From the NCBI GenBank assembly GCA_044353585.1, contig JBILBR010000010.1:15353-79352 (forward strand): a DNA stretch of 64,000 nt, in the 5' to 3' direction. Positions 62,005 through 64,000 of this stretch are shown piece after piece; position 1 is the stretch's first letter, and every line of letters starts with the position of its first letter. This DNA comes from Crocinitomicaceae bacterium. Its GTDB lineage: Bacteria; Bacteroidota; Bacteroidia; Flavobacteriales_D; Crocinitomicaceae. Made by a program: the position numbers and the translations under genes. The notes under the pieces are model-generated. The model was not told the origin of the DNA. It ran no database searches and saw nothing but the letters and a program-made list of their open reading frames with translations.

Positions 62005-64000
62005 ATGACCATTGAACAATACATAAACACAATTAACCAACGATATAAACAGGGGAACGCAACTGAACATACCTTTCGGGGTGATTTAGTAAATCTTTTA
62101 GAAGCATTAGTTCCCGAAATAAAAGCAACCAATGAGCCTAAACGACAAGCGTGTGGTGCTCCCGATTATATTATATCAAAAGGGGAGATTCCTGTTGGTT
62201 TTATTGAAGCAAAAGATATAGGAGATAAAGACCTTGAAGGGAAAAAGAAAACAGGCAATCAAGAACAGTTCGACCGATATAAAACAGGTCTAAACAATCT
62301 AATATTCACTGATTACATTGATTTCCTTTTTTTTAGGGATGGAGTTTTTACAACTAAAATTTCAATAGGGAAAATCGAGAATGGTTCAATTTTGCCATTA
62401 TCAGAGCATTTTGAGCAATTTACGCAGTTATTCAAGAACTTTACAGAAACCATTTCTCAACCCATTAAATCGCCAACACGCTTGGCTGAAATGATGGCAG
62501 GGAAGGCTCGTTTAATGGCTGATGTTATTGAAAGAGCATTGAATGAAGATGATGAAAATGGAAATTTGTCAAATCTAAAAAGACAAATGTTGTCCTTTCA
62601 GAAAATGTTGATTTCCGATATTGATAATAAATCGTTTTCTGATTTATATGCTCAAACGATTGCTTATGGTATGTTCGCTGCTCGTTATCACGACCCTACC
62701 CTACCGACTTTTTCAAGGGATGAAGCAGTTAAGTTGATTCCAAAAAGTAATCCTTTTTTAAGAAAGTTATTCAAAGATATTGCCGATGAAGATTTAGATT
62801 TTCGATTGGTATGGATTGTTGATGAATTGGTTAGTGTATTCCTTGCCTCGGATGTGGCATCAATAATGAAGAATTTCGGTAAATCAACTAAACAGGAGGA
62901 CCCTGTTGTACATTTCTATGAAACATTTTTAGGAGCATACAACCCATTGTTACGCAAAGCAAGAGGAGTTTGGTACACCCCACAGCCTGTTGTAAATTTT
63001 ATTGTTCGAGCAGTTGATGATGTATTAAAAAGTGAGTTCGGTATTAAAGAAGGTCTTGCAGATTCGAGCAAGAGAAAAATTAAAGTTGATTATCAAGGAA
63101 AGAAAATTGAAAAGGAAGTTCATCAAGTGCAGGTATTAGACCCCGCAACAGGAACAGGAACTTTTCTTGCCGAAACAATCAAGCATATCCATAAAAAATA
63201 TGAAGGTTTAGGTGGTATATGGAGTAAATATGTCGAAGATGACCTAATACCAAGAATAAATGGATTTGAGTTGCTAATGGCTTCTTATGCGATGGCACAC
63301 CTCAAATTGGATATGTTACTTACTGATACAGGTTATGTTCCAACGAAAGACCAACGATTAAAGGTTTTCTTGACAAATTCATTGGAAGAACCACACGCCG
63401 ATTCGGGAACTTTATGGGGAAATCTACTCTCTGATGAGGCAGACCAAGCAAATGAAGTGAAAAGAGAAACACCCGTGATGTGCATAATTGGAAACCCTCC
63501 TTACAGTGGTGAAAGTGCCAACAAAGGAGAGTGGATAATGAAGTTGATGGAAGATTATAAAAAAGAACCCGAAGGGCTTCAAAAACTTCAAGAAAGAAAT
63601 CCAAAATGGATTAATGATGACTATGTGAAATTTCTTCGTTACGGACAACATTATATTGAAAAGAATGGACAAGGTGTTTTAGCATTTATTAATCCACACG
63701 GATTTTTAGATAATCCAACTTTTAGGGGTATGCGTTGGCATCTGTTAAAAACTTACGACAAGATTTATACTATTGACCTTCACGGAAATAGCAAGAAGAA
63801 AGAAACTGCACCCGATGGAAGTGCTGATGTCAATGTTTTCGATATTATGCAAGGTGTTTCAATTAATATTTTCATTAAAACAGGAAAGAAAAAAGCAAAT
63901 GAATTAGGCAAAGTATTTCATTTTGATTTGTACGGGAAAAGAGATTTTAAATATGATTTTTTGAGTAAAAACTCAATAAAAACGGTTGCATTTAAAGAAC
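62005..64000 (+). CDS. type IIG restriction-modification enzyme (N-terminal PD-ExK nuclease fused to gamma-class N6-adenine DNA methyltransferase), 5' part; runs off the window
   Basis: Own translation from the ATG at 62005 has no stop to position 64000 and is not in the ORF track. Motifs: MTIEQYINTINQRYKQGNATEHTFRGDL; PDYIIS...GFIEAKD (PD-ExK); VLDPATGTGTFL (motif I); IIGNPPYSG (motif IV). Confidence 0.82.
   Translation, partial: MTIEQYINTINQRYKQGNATEHTFRGDLVNLLEALVPEIKATNEPKRQACGAPDYIISKGEIPVGFIEAKDIGDKDLEGKKKTGNQEQFDRYKTGLNNLIFTDYIDFLFFRDGVFTTKISIGKIENGSILPLSEHFEQFTQLFKNFTETISQPIKSPTRLAEMMAGKARLMADVIERALNEDDENGNLSNLKRQMLSFQKMLISDIDNKSFSDLYAQTIAYGMFAARYHDPTLPTFSRDEAVKLIPKSNPFLRKLFKDIADEDLDFRLVWIVDELVSVFLASDVASIMKNFGKSTKQEDPVVHFYETFLGAYNPLLRKARGVWYTPQPVVNFIVRAVDDVLKSEFGIKEGLADSSKRKIKVDYQGKKIEKEVHQVQVLDPATGTGTFLAETIKHIHKKYEGLGGIWSKYVEDDLIPRINGFELLMASYAMAHLKLDMLLTDTGYVPTKDQRLKVFLTNSLEEPHADSGTLWGNLLSDEADQANEVKRETPVMCIIGNPPYSGESANKGEWIMKLMEDYKKEPEGLQKLQERNPKWINDDYVKFLRYGQHYIEKNGQGVLAFINPHGFLDNPTFRGMRWHLLKTYDKIYTIDLHGNSKKKETAPDGSADVNVFDIMQGVSINIFIKTGKKKANELGKVFHFDLYGKRDFKYDFLSKNSIKTVAFKE

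Overview
This is a 64-kb chromosomal segment of about 40% GC. I read it as Bacteroidota, probably Flavobacteriia-like. Support: three proteins with T9SS C-terminal sorting domains, a PorT-like barrel, PorL/GldL-like motifs, and many TAnnTTTG -7 promoter boxes. The taxon call is inference only.

Most of the window is dense housekeeping: ribH, glmM, ispH, hemB, fabG, cysC, trmD, ubiE, mnmA, dapA, ligA, prmC, slyD and ssb. There are also several secreted peptidases (M1, M14, M15, S8 x2, S9) and a heavy-metal RND efflux operon.

Three stretches look accessory or unusual:
- 40.6-43.6 kb, just after mnmA. Three small secreted-protein ORFs are each followed by an attC-like imperfect palindrome, giving an integron-like cassette array with no integrase in view. 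The array ends in a decayed second copy of the mnmA 3' end that starts exactly at the GTT of the last palindrome. A 53-bp tandem repeat (6.4 copies) follows.
- 61.4-64 kb. A promoter drives two 101-bp tRNA-derived structured units in register with tRNA-Asn(GTT). Immediately downstream is a type IIG restriction-modification gene that runs off the window, probably the start of an island.
- 0.3-4.2 kb. A minus-strand cluster of unknown function contains a cytoplasmic vWA protein translationally coupled to a Cys4/winged-helix protein.

Other oddities are an RND pump fused in frame to its TolC-like outer-membrane factor, a PorL/GldL x3 plus GldM_N-like fusion protein, and an AdoMetDC-spermidine synthase fusion.

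All calls come from reading the translations and the DNA by eye. No searches were run. Family names rest on recognised motifs and should be confirmed.
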